A stretch of DNA of 63,037 nt, counting the filler, from Octopus bimaculoides (taxonomy: Eukaryota): NCBI RefSeq assembly GCF_001194135.2. It is 6 parts of 6 records of this genome, joined end to end, with 100 filler letters (N's around TTAATTAATTAA, not from the genome) between each part and the next. Parts side by side here need not be neighbours in the genome. Positions count along the whole stretch, not along the records: positions 1 to 15,131 come from NW_026366838.1; 5 more parts are not named here. The stretch is one strand, 5' to 3'. A program made the translations under genes and the position numbers. Positions 1 through 9,714 of the stretch are shown in pieces; position 1 is the first letter of the stretch, and every line of letters begins with the position of its first letter. Below the pieces are notes generated by a model, which searched no databases, was not told the origin of the DNA, and worked only from the letters and a program-made list of their open reading frames with translations.

Positions 1-34
<34 letters not shown>

Positions 35-434
35 GTATATATATATATGATATCTATTATCTGTCTTACACCATTCTTTTCTCCTTGCTTTTCAGTTGTT
101 TGTTCCTTTACAACTTGTACTAGAAGAATGCAGATTCCAACAAAAAATCTGCTACCAGTCATTTATAGATGTTCTGTGTGTTTTATCTTACATAATATCT
201 ATTAAGCATATTCACATTCATTAATATAGAAATGGAAATCTTTTTGTCTACAGCTAAATGTCTGTCACTTGGAGAGGATCACATCAACAACAAGCATATT
301 AGTTGTAAGTAGAAAATATGTCTACACTGCATATTATCTGCTCATGTAAATGGAGTCCCATAATATCCAAAATGAGAAATTGAACCATGCTACACACAGG
401 CATCTTTTGACTTAAGAATTCCTTAAAAATTAAT

Positions 435-1562
435 ATGGAGGACACTTCTGACACAGCTATATTTACTAATATAGATTCAGTTACACAGACATATGAGATT
501 GAGAAATCTGTAGGTAATGAGGCATTTACTAAGCAAAGATCATTACACAAAAATATTATTGAATATCGCTGTGAGATTTGTAGGAAAATGTTCTCTTCAA
601 AACATGAAGTTTTAACACACAAAGATACACACAACAAGAAGAAAATATTTCATTGTGAAATATGTGGGAAAAATTTCGTTAATAACAGTAATTTGACAGC
701 ACACAGAAGAATACACACTGGAGAGAAACCATTTCATTGTGAGATATGTGGGAAAGCATTTTCTGATAATTCTAGTCTTGTTGTTCACAACAGAATACAC
801 ACTGGAGAGAAACCATTTCGTTGTGAGATATGTGGCAAAGCATTTTCTGATAATTCTAGCCTTGTCGTTCACAAGAGAATGCACACCGGAGAAAAACCTT
901 ATCCCTGTGAAATTTGTGAGAGGTCTTTTATCTCTAACAGTAAGTTAACAACACATAGAAGGATACACACTGGAGAGAAACCTTATCATTGTGATGTATG
1001 CGGAAAGTCGTTTACAATCAACAGTGTCTTGACAACACATAGAAGAATACACACAGGAGAGAAACCGTTTCACTGTGAGATATGTGGTAAATCCTTCTCT
1101 GCTAATTCTCATCTTGTAGTGCATAAACGTTGTCACACTGGAGAAAAACCATATCACTGTGAAATATGTGGGAAATCTTTTGTTTCTAACATTAATTTAA
1201 CAACACACAAAAGGGTGCACACTGGAGAAAAACCCTATCATTGCGAGATATGTGGGAAGTGTTTTATCAATAATAGTGATTTAAAAAGACACAAAAGAAT
1301 ACACACAGGGGAGAAACCATACCATTGTGAAATATGTGGCAAGACTTTTTCTCTTAATTCTCATCTTGTTATCCATGTACGAAGCCACACTGGAGAGAAA
1401 CCATTCCAATGTGAAATCTGTGGCAAAGCTTTCTCTTTAAATTCAAATCTTGTTATTCACATTCGTAGTCACACTGGAGAGAAACCCTATCACTGTGAGA
1501 TCTGTGGCAAAGCATTCTGTCAGAATTCCTCTCTTATAGTACATAAACAAATACACACATGA
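435..1562 (+). CDS. C2H2 zinc-finger protein, 375 aa, 12 tandem fingers, no KRAB/SCAN/BTB domain visible
   Basis: Uninterrupted ORF with 12 CxxC-x12-HxxxH motifs joined mostly by TGEKP linkers. An in-frame TGA at 408-410 supports ATG 435 as start unless an upstream exon splices in. Confidence 0.93.
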   Translation: MEDTSDTAIFTNIDSVTQTYEIEKSVGNEAFTKQRSLHKNIIEYRCEICRKMFSSKHEVLTHKDTHNKKKIFHCEICGKNFVNNSNLTAHRRIHTGEKPFHCEICGKAFSDNSSLVVHNRIHTGEKPFRCEICGKAFSDNSSLVVHKRMHTGEKPYPCEICERSFISNSKLTTHRRIHTGEKPYHCDVCGKSFTINSVLTTHRRIHTGEKPFHCEICGKSFSANSHLVVHKRCHTGEKPYHCEICGKSFVSNINLTTHKRVHTGEKPYHCEICGKCFINNSDLKRHKRIHTGEKPYHCEICGKTFSLNSHLVIHVRSHTGEKPFQCEICGKAFSLNSNLVIHIRSHTGEKPYHCEICGKAFCQNSSLIVHKQIHT

Positions 1563-1644
1563 GCAAAAAATTACCATTATCGGATGGATATGAATCTTGG
1601 AATTATGATCTTATAAAGCTGCAAACTTAGATACACTTAGATAT

Positions 1645-1946
1645 GAAGGCACATGGCTTAGTGGTTAGGTCGTTTGGTTCTTGAGTTTGATATGTGGCAG
1701 CACATTGTGTTCTTGAAGAAGACACTTTATTTTGTGTTGCTCTAATCCATTCAGCTGGCAAAAATGAGTTGTGCTTGTGATTCAAAGGGCCAGTCTTGTC
1801 ACATTCGGTGTCATGCTGAACCTCCCTGAGAATTATGTTAAGGGTACACGTGTCTGTAGAGTGCTCACTCACTTGCATGCTAATTTCACAAGCAGGCTGT
1901 TCTGTTGATTGGATCAACCTTTATCAATATGACCAATGGAGTACCA
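1645..1946 (+). mobile_element. tRNA-headed SINE, family A (head A + tail X)
   Basis: A-box-like TGGCTTAGTGG. Core TGTGTTCTTGAAGAAGACACTTTATTT is shared with the 31157-31483 copy. The 3' half matches the reverse complement of 40656-40745. Confidence 0.75.
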
Positions 1947-2805
1947 GTTGGATAAACTGAAGAAAATCTCTGTGAATAATAGTAATTTAAATATAAACAA
2001 ATGAATACACACAGGAGGAAAAGTACATCACTGTGAAATATAATTTGGAAAATCATTTATTACTAACAGTCTCTTGAAATGACAGCAAACAAACACTGGG
2101 GGGAATTTTTTTTAATTTGTTAGAATTTAAACCAGTCATGTATGATTCAAATATTATATGTTTTATGTTCAAACTAGCCATATTCAGCCTCTCACATCTG
2201 CCCTACAATGATATACTAAAAAAGTAAACAAGCACATCATCGAAATCTCAACACAAAAAGATAATGCATGAGCAATTCAAAACAGTTTGAAAGGATTAAA
2301 TGTGAAAACCTGAGAATTTCATCTCTTGCAAATCTTAACTTATAGTCCACCAATAGGTATTCATTGATAAACATTATTATCATGGTGAAATATGTCAGAA
2401 ATTATTCTCTTTGAATTCTTACCTTATAGTTTACAAATTGAGCTCCCTCTTGAAAGAAATCCTTTCTCTAAAATATTTGGGAAATCCTTACATGTTAACT
2501 ATTTTAAACCCCATCATTTGAAGTCCATGTTCCATGCTGGCATAGGTTGGACTTCTAGTTGATATCAGTACACAACTTGTAATTGCTAAATTAATACACA
2601 CTAGAGGAATATAAATGATACCAGTGTGAAATATTTGGGGAATTATTCTGTGTGAACTAAATCTCCACTTGTAATTTACAGCAGAATACAGACTGGGAAA
2701 AAAATTTATCAAAGTGGAAAATGCTGAGCAAACTAGAGGAGAAAATATTGTGAAATATGTTGGAAATCACTCCCTGAGTGTCAGTGAACAGGTCACAGAT
2801 AGAAT

Positions 2806-3697
2806 CGCGAAAATGTTGGCGGAATTCTGCTTTACGCATGCCATATAACCCATCATAACTTTTTTTATTTTTAGGAATTTTTCAGAAAAGTTTTTGAATT
2901 TGTGTTCTACACATGGGAATTCATATGATTATGCAAAAACCAAAAAAAAATTTTTTGTTTGGTGCATGAGTTAAGGCCTATTTAGCTGTTATTTTTAGCA
3001 CATCTCACGACCACCTCATACCCTCTTTGTTTGTTTGTCTGTCTGATGTATTGTTTTTCAATATCTTTTTCTCTATAACCATATTTAATGGTCTATTGTT
3101 GAGATTTATGCTAAAAATTTGGACTGTCCGTATTTTTAACTGTTTTAAAAAGAAAAAGCTGAAAAATTTAAAAGAAAAATATTTTGAACAATCAAGAAAA
3201 AATTTTTTTTTCACGGTCATGTGAATTCCTGTTTAGAATACTAATTCACAAAAGTTTTCCAAAAATTCCGAATGGCTGTGTGGTAAGTAGCTTGCTTACA
3301 AACTACATGGCTCTGGGTTCAGTCCCACTGCGTGGCACCTTGGGCAAATGTCTTCTACTATAGCCTCGGGCTGACCAAAGCCTTGTGAATGGATTTGGTA
3401 GACGGAAACTGAAAGAAGCCCGTCGAATATATGTATATATATATATGTTTGTGTGTCTGTGTTTGTCCCCCAACATCGCTTGACAACCGATGCTGGTGTG
3501 TTTACATCCCCGTAACTTAGCAGTTTGGCAAAAAGAGATCAATAGAATAAGTACTAGACTTACAAAGAATAAGTCCTAGGGTTGATTTGCTCGACTAAAG
3601 GCGGTGCTCCAGCATGGCCACAGTCAAATGACTGAAACAAGTAAAAGAGGGGTTATATGAGGTGCTTAAAGCAGAATTCTGCCAAAATTTTGACACC
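2806..3697. mobile_element. Long-TIR MITE with a SINE inserted in its right arm
   Basis: 2806-2853 is the reverse complement of 3649-3697, and 2874-2945 is the reverse complement of ~3200-3269 (imperfect). Confidence 0.7.
3272..3648 (+). mobile_element. SINE family B (tRNA head, CORE-like CACCTTGGGCAA segment, internal TA/TG microsatellite)
   Basis: Near-identical copies at 44075, 60231, 31518, 56628 and 22950 (minus); conserved tail GGCGGTGCTCCAGCATGGCCACAGTCAAATGACTGAAACA. Confidence 0.85.
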
Positions 3698-4246
3698 ATA
3701 TAATAAATGAGTAAATGAAGTTAACGTTTTTTTTTGTGTTTTTGAAAAATAACTAAAATGTATCTTCTACACTGCAATTTCAGTCTCAGATCAAATCACT
3801 TGTCAGACAAGTACAATTCCAACACTCTGAATACACTCTGTTATTTGTTTATAGAGTAAAACTTCATTCAGAAACAATTTCATTAACCATGACTGAGAAA
3901 ACACTGGTGTAAAATCCAAGTTATGTGAAATTTGCAGAAAATGACTTCCATTTAAAAACCATGTTGTTAAATATATACATACAGAAATTATTTTGGGGTG
4001 ATTTGTTGAAAACATATTCTATAAATAAAAGTTGAAAGAATAAATTGTTCAGAGATCTGTGTAAGATTTTGTTCTGAAACAAAAGTTTTGTTACTTTTTT
4101 TTTTTTTTTTGCATATTAATTTTATTTTCAGTTCAATATCATTTGCAATGAGATTAATTCTTCAACCTGTCCTTGTTTCTTCAATATATGTCTAGAAATG
4201 GATTTATTACTCAGTCCAGAATTAGCATCAGATGTTTCTTGTTTAG

Positions 4247-4720
4247 CCCTTTAGCATTCAAACTGGCCATATCCAGCCTAAATATTCTACCAGTAATTGT
4301 TAAAACTGGCCAGATCTGGCTTCTCATACATAACCTACAATGTCATTTTAAAAATAAGCAATCACACTGTAAAAATCTCTTAGCTTCAAGATAATGCATA
4401 ATTCAAATTAATGTGAATAAATAAATATGCATTACGTGGGTGGCACATAGAATACACCATTTTGAGCATGGCTGTTGCCAGTACCGCCTGACTGGCCTTT
4501 GTGACGGTGGCATGTAAAAGCACCCACTACACTCTCTGAGTGGTTGGCGTTAAGAAGGGCATCCAGCTGTAGAAACTCTGCCAAATCAAATTGGAGCCTG
4601 GTGTAGCCATCTGGTTTCACCAGTCCTCAGTCAAATCGTCCAACCCATGCTAGCATGGAAAGCAGACGTTAAACGATGATGATGATGATGATTTGAGAGA
4701 GTAATCTGAATGTTAAAGGG
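4247..4720. mobile_element. TTAA-flanked (piggyBac-like) MITE containing a nested retroposon
   Basis: Ends CCCTTTAGCATTCA / TGAATGTTAAAGGG with flanks TTAG and TTAA. Internal sequence is shared with ~2110-2300, 10657-10859 and ~14690-14872. Confidence 0.75.
4435..4691 (+). mobile_element. Retroposon 3' end with (GAT)n tail (family E)
   Basis: GGCGTTAAGAAGGGCATCCAGCTGTAGAAAC ... GACGTTAAACGATGATGATGAT; homologous copy on the minus strand at 57541-57846. Confidence 0.75.
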
Positions 4721-4914
4721 TTAAGGAATATCAAGCAACTTCTATGAATATTTAAGTTGGTTCTTTATGTGAGTTCTGCAGGACAAAGATGCTATATTCG
4801 CTTTTATAGATGGGTTAATCACAACTGCAACAATGGTTGAACTGGAAAAGTCTATGATTAACTCCATACTGTTATTTCCTTGATTGAAATCTATCTATAA
4901 ACTTTTTACATTTT

Positions 4915-6560
4915 TATCAAAAAGCTCCCAAACTAATTATGTAGTACACCAACAGATGGCAGCATGCAGTTGTGTGTGCAGTGAGACCTAGCAGTGACTT
5001 TCATGATGCAGTGTGGTGAGTGACATTGCTGTGTTTACTTTGCAAGTTGTGAAATTTGTATTTTTGTGATCATCTGTATACTGTAAGTCTGTGATTTAGT
5101 CATAGACAGTGTAGTGACTTCATTTAGGCATAGAGTAGATTCAAACCTGTATCGGCAAATTTACCGTAATATTTCAACAGCACTTTTCTCACAGAGAAAA
5201 TAATGGTTGATAGCAAGTTACATTTATCATTTGGCTTTGTCAAGTCGATTTATGTCTTTGCCACTTGACACTTCTAACCTCTTGTATAGGATGGAGAGTT
5301 AGAATTGAGATAACAATCAATCCCCAACGAAGTCTATTTTTCTCTGCAATATATCTATTTTTCTAACTAGTTTTGTATAGTTATAAAAACAAGAACTCTG
5401 TAAGCCAAAATCAGTTAGTAAACAGAGACCACCAGGGATAGCTACAGGCAGAGAGCCACTAGCAACTAATGGCCAGAGAGAGAAAGAAAACAATCAGCCA
5501 CTATGATACATACAACTTCCCTCTCCACTCTCTCACTTTTACTAGCTCACTTTCTTTTCTCTACAGCATTATCCAATCTCTATCTATAGTTTACTACAAC
5601 ACAATAACAAGAACACAAACTATAGAAGGAAAAAACTATATCTCTCTTTATCTTGCATGCTTTACAACTTATATTATACATATCAACCCATCGTGGTTTG
5701 GCTATAACAATATGTAATGGTAAATAAATGTTTGTTTACAACTTCGATCACTGTTCTTCTTTCATCTTGCACATCAGCAACTTCAACACCCGTTACAATT
5801 GATAAATGCTGACACCAACAATTATCATAATACATACCATTACAACAGGAACAAAGAGCCAACATGAAATTTTGCTTTAAACTTGGAAAATCAGCTACAG
5901 AGACATTGTGCTTGCTTCAGCAAGTTTATAGCAACAAGGCAATGGGTTATACGCAGTGTTTTGGGTAGCACAGGCTCTTCAAAAGTGGAAGAATATCCCT
6001 TGAAGATGAGTAATCCGAAAGACCTACTACAAATGTCACCCCCAGAAACGTGGTATTGTGTATTGTGAATTCATCCTCCAGGGCCAGACCGTCAAGTGTT
6101 CTATTGTGATGTTTAAAGCATTTGAGGGAGGACACTCAGTGTAAGCAACCAGATTTGCGGTGCATGACGTATTGAATTCTTCACGTCGACAATGCATCCC
6201 TGTCTCTGAGCTCTCCTCATTTGTGAGTTTCTCACCAAAAACAATATGGTATTGCTTCCGCACCCACCCTATTCACCAGATTTAGCACCTGCAGACTTCC
6301 ATCTCTTACCCAAAGTAAAAATGCAGCTCAAAGGTCACTATTTTAACATCATTGTCAAGATCCAGAGTGAATCACAAAAGGTTCTCAACTTGCTTACGGA
6401 AAACAACTTCCAGGCCAAATTCCAAAAGTGGCAGAAACACTGGGACTGGTATTTTGCTGTGCAAGGCAACTATTTTGAAGAAGATGATATTAAAACTTAG
6501 GTAAATAAGTTATTTTTTTTATTAAACATAACTAGTCCAAGAACCTTTTGATACCACCTC
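4915..6560 (+). mobile_element. Mariner (DD34D-type) transposon relic with internal deletion and nested insertion
   Basis: TIRs 4915-4942 and 6526-6553 are reverse complements (~6 mismatches in 28). EQRANMKFCFKLGKSATET from 5849; frameshifted FKSGRISLEDE; RGIVYCEFILQGQTV; LPHPPYSPDLAPADFHL at 6255-6305. Confidence 0.88.
5378..5712. mobile_element. Possible solo LTR nested in the mariner relic
   Basis: Ends GGCTATAACA (LTR-like ...ACA) with a degenerate AGTTATA start, and lies inside the ~750 bp that splits the transposase start. No TSD confirmed. Confidence 0.3.
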
Positions 6561-6816
6561 CTAATGTAGGGCAGTAGAGTTGTTTGAGTGTTTGAAGAAA
6601 TGCTTTGTGGTATTTCTTGTATTCTTTTTGTTCTGATTTAAAATCTTTTACCTTTCCTCCCTCTGAATTTGATAAAATAAAGTACGAGTGCAGTACTGGT
6701 GTAGATGGTATCAACTATCCCCTCTAACTTACTGACCTTGTGCCTAAATCAGAAACCAATTTTTTATTATAATGTAAGGTGATGAGCTAACAGAACTGTT
6801 AGAGTGTTGGAAGAAA

Positions 6817-6925
6817 TACACTGGAGAAAAAATCTATCACTGTGAAATATAATATAAAAAATCTATCACTGTGAAATATAATATGGAAAAAATCTATCAC
6901 TGTGAAATATAATATGGAAAAATCG
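6817..6925 (+). repeat. ~30-bp x3 minisatellite derived from a C2H2 linker/finger fragment
   Basis: TACACTGGAGAAAAAATCTATCACTGTGAAATATAATAT followed by two more AAAAAATCTATCACTGTGAAATATAATAT(GG) units. Confidence 0.8.
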
Positions 6926-7651
6926 AAAGAAAAATTACAAAAATGAAAGGTATTACAAAAGTAAAATTAACAGAAAGTTAAGGTAAAGACATGAGGTGTA
7001 TTTTGATAAATGAAGAAAGACATAAAACACAAGAAACATTTCCATCAGATGTGAATCCACTGAGGCCGGAGGTGAGAAATGAACCTCGCACCCCAGTGGT
7101 AGAATATGACAAGATAAAGAAAGAAATGAACTGGTAAGTAGAAAAAATTATTGAGAATTAACTTTTAGGAAAAACAGAAAACTGAATGAACAATGAACAT
7201 TTTAAAAGAAAAAAAAAAAAAGAAAAAGTTATGCTATGTCCCCACATGTCCTGTATTGTCCCTTCTTCGTTGGCTCCTTGTGGGCAATAAAGAAAGAAAT
7301 TTCTGAGAACATGAATTTATAAAAAATTTCCAGATGGTCAAGGCTTAAGTAATTGCTTTTTTTTTAGTAACTGTTACATACCTAATTAATAAGCAGCTTT
7401 CTCCATTATAATATAGAAGATAGATACCAAGAGGATCCCACAGGTAGCCAAATTATGAAAATGTAAAATGCACTAAAATTATTGTATACACAGACATTTA
7501 TTGTCAAAATTTCCTGTCTGTGGTTGTTGCATATAACAATTTATATAGAAATATAAACAAGGGAAAAAAACCCAAAAAAACTATGCATTTTGACCTATTA
7601 CATGTTTCTTTTATTTCAATATTGTTTCACCTTCGTTTACTTTTCTTTGAT

Positions 7652-7813
7652 AAGAATATACGGTAAATTTTCAGATTAACACCCGCACGATTTTCACTCG
7701 GGTGTTAGGGTTAGGGTCTTAGGATTAGGGTTGTAGGGTTAAGGTTAGGGTTAGAGTTTTAGGGTTAGGGTTTTAGCGTGCGGTTGTTAATCTGAAAATT
7801 TACCGAATATACT
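7652..7813. mobile_element. Small foldback/MITE with degenerate TTAGGG core
   Basis: Arms 7652-7689 and 7777-7813 are near-perfect reverse complements; 7704-7775 is degenerate (TTAGGG)n. Confidence 0.8.
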
Positions 7814-8352
7814 TGTATTTCAATGAAAAACAGTATTACTTATTCCGAGCACATAACAACTGGTCATGCTGTGATATATTTATAAATATTCATCTTGGAT
7901 TACATCGTCGAATGTGCCGTGCCCTTCACGGTATGACTTGAGGCTATTTAGCTATTTCAATCAGTTCGAGCGACCATGTAAAAGGTCTTTCCTTCATACG
8001 TGTAAGTTATTTGCTATGTGATAAAATAAGTACCAGTGGAGCACTGGTGTTGATATAATGGATTAGCCCCCTCCCCTAAAACTTAAGGCTTTGTGCCAAC
8101 ACTAGTTCGGAAACAAGTTAGTTGTTCTGAACGTACTAAATTATGTTGGAGACTTCTAGCCTATGTCACCGGTAATTTAGTCAAGGGAACATTTATCAAC
8201 AACACCGTCGGAATTTGATTGTCGTGACTTTACCTTACTTAAATATGTTATGTAAATAATAAGAGATCCATGTTATAAAGGTAAGAAATTATATGATAAT
8301 AGATTATACTGACAGCTAATTCTAAACTTTAAAGAGTTCCTCGAAAATTAAT

Positions 8353-9714
8353 ATGGAGAACATTAATCTCTTGGACGCTTCCAACACTTCAGTTTTTACT
8401 AATACAGACTCAGTTACGGAAAAGCGAACACCGAAGAAAAATCATACCAGAAAAAATTATACGGAGACTAACAGTAGTGAAACGCCTTTATGTACTGAAA
8501 CATTTACTAAACAAGCATCAACGGAGAGGAATATACCGGAATATTGCTGTGAGCTTTGTAAGAAGACCATTTCTACAGGATATGAAGTTTTCACGGACGA
8601 ACATACAGATAATAGAGAAAAACGCTTGTATTGCGAAATATGTGGAAAATATTTTGTTTCTAACATTATAATACACAAAAAAGCGAACACCGAAGACAAA
8701 TCATACCAGTGTAAAATATGTGAGAAATCTTTTATTACTAATTCGAATCTTGTTATTCATTTACGTAGTCACACAGGAGAAAAACCTTATCATTGTGATA
8801 TCTGTGGCAAATCATTTTCTTTTACCACTAGCCTTATAGTTCATAAACGTAGCCATACTGGAGAAAAGCCTTATCATTGTGAGGTATGTGGTAAGTCTTT
8901 CGTCACTAATGGTTGTTTGGTGCGACATAAAAGAATACACAGTGGAGAAAAACCGTATCACTGCGAAACGTGTGGAAAATGTTTCATTGAAAATTCTAAG
9001 CTTACAATACACAAACGTAGTCACACTGGAGAACAACCGTTCCAGTGTGAAATGTGTGGGAAATACTTTGTGTCCAGTAGTAATTTAATAACACACAAAA
9101 GAATACATACTGGAGAAAAACGTCATTGCTGTAAAATTTGTGGGAAATCTTTTGTCAATAAAAGCGATTTAAACAGACACGAAAGAATACACACAGGAGA
9201 AAACCAGTTTCACTGTGAAATATGCGGGAAATCTTTCATCGAAAATTCTAAACTTACCATTCACAAACGTAGACACACTGGAGAAAAACCTTATTGCTGT
9301 GATATCTGTGGGAAGTCTTTTGTCGGTAAAAGTGATCTAAAAAGTCACGAACGCGTACATAGTGGAGAAAAACCTTACTGTTGTGACGTTTGTGGGAAGT
9401 CTTTTATCCATAATAGTAAACTAACAACACACAGAAGGATACATACAGGGGAAAAACCTTATCTCTGTAGAATATGTGGAAAATCGTTCTCTGATAATTC
9501 TAATTATGTAGTTCATAAACGTAGTCACATTGGAGGAAAGTCTTTCCACTGTGAAATATGCGGAAAATCTTTTGTTAATAATTCGAATCTTGTTATCCAT
9601 GTACGTAGTCACACTGGAGAGAAACCCTATCACTGTGAGATATGTGAGAAATCGTTTATCACTAACCGCCTCTTGAAAACCCACAGAGAGACACACATTT
9701 GTGAGAAGACTTAA
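8353..9714 (+). CDS. C2H2 zinc-finger protein, 453 aa, 12 intact plus 2 degenerate N-terminal fingers; paralog of 435-1562
   Basis: Uninterrupted ORF with repeated CxxC-x12-HxxxH and TGEKP-type linkers. N-terminus (FTNTDSVT, FTKQ, NIPEYCCE) aligns with gene 1. Confidence 0.93.
   Translation: MENINLLDASNTSVFTNTDSVTEKRTPKKNHTRKNYTETNSSETPLCTETFTKQASTERNIPEYCCELCKKTISTGYEVFTDEHTDNREKRLYCEICGKYFVSNIIIHKKANTEDKSYQCKICEKSFITNSNLVIHLRSHTGEKPYHCDICGKSFSFTTSLIVHKRSHTGEKPYHCEVCGKSFVTNGCLVRHKRIHSGEKPYHCETCGKCFIENSKLTIHKRSHTGEQPFQCEMCGKYFVSSSNLITHKRIHTGEKRHCCKICGKSFVNKSDLNRHERIHTGENQFHCEICGKSFIENSKLTIHKRRHTGEKPYCCDICGKSFVGKSDLKSHERVHSGEKPYCCDVCGKSFIHNSKLTTHRRIHTGEKPYLCRICGKSFSDNSNYVVHKRSHIGGKSFHCEICGKSFVNNSNLVIHVRSHTGEKPYHCEICEKSFITNRLLKTHRETHICEKT

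Larger units (their letters stand above)
1563..4000 (+). pseudogene. Fossil C2H2 finger array downstream of gene 1, interrupted by TEs
   Basis: T*AKNYHY at the stop (cf. TGEKPYHC); NNSNLNINK*IHTGGKVHHCEI at ~1976-2040; YQCEIFG and IYSRIQTGKK at ~2619-2705; TGVKSKLCEICRK at ~3903-3941. Confidence 0.7.

Noticed and set aside
1560-1617. Editing or readthrough of the gene 1 TGA to extend the array
   Set aside because: The next finger has already lost both cysteines and another stop follows within 18 codons.
7704-7775. True telomere or fusion scar (also 49784-49845)
   Set aside because: Short degenerate arrays enclosed by inverted arms, better explained as element cores.
299-9696. Antisense and alternate-frame ORFs over the two ZNF genes
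   Set aside because: Shadow frames of repetitive finger codons; no independent signal.
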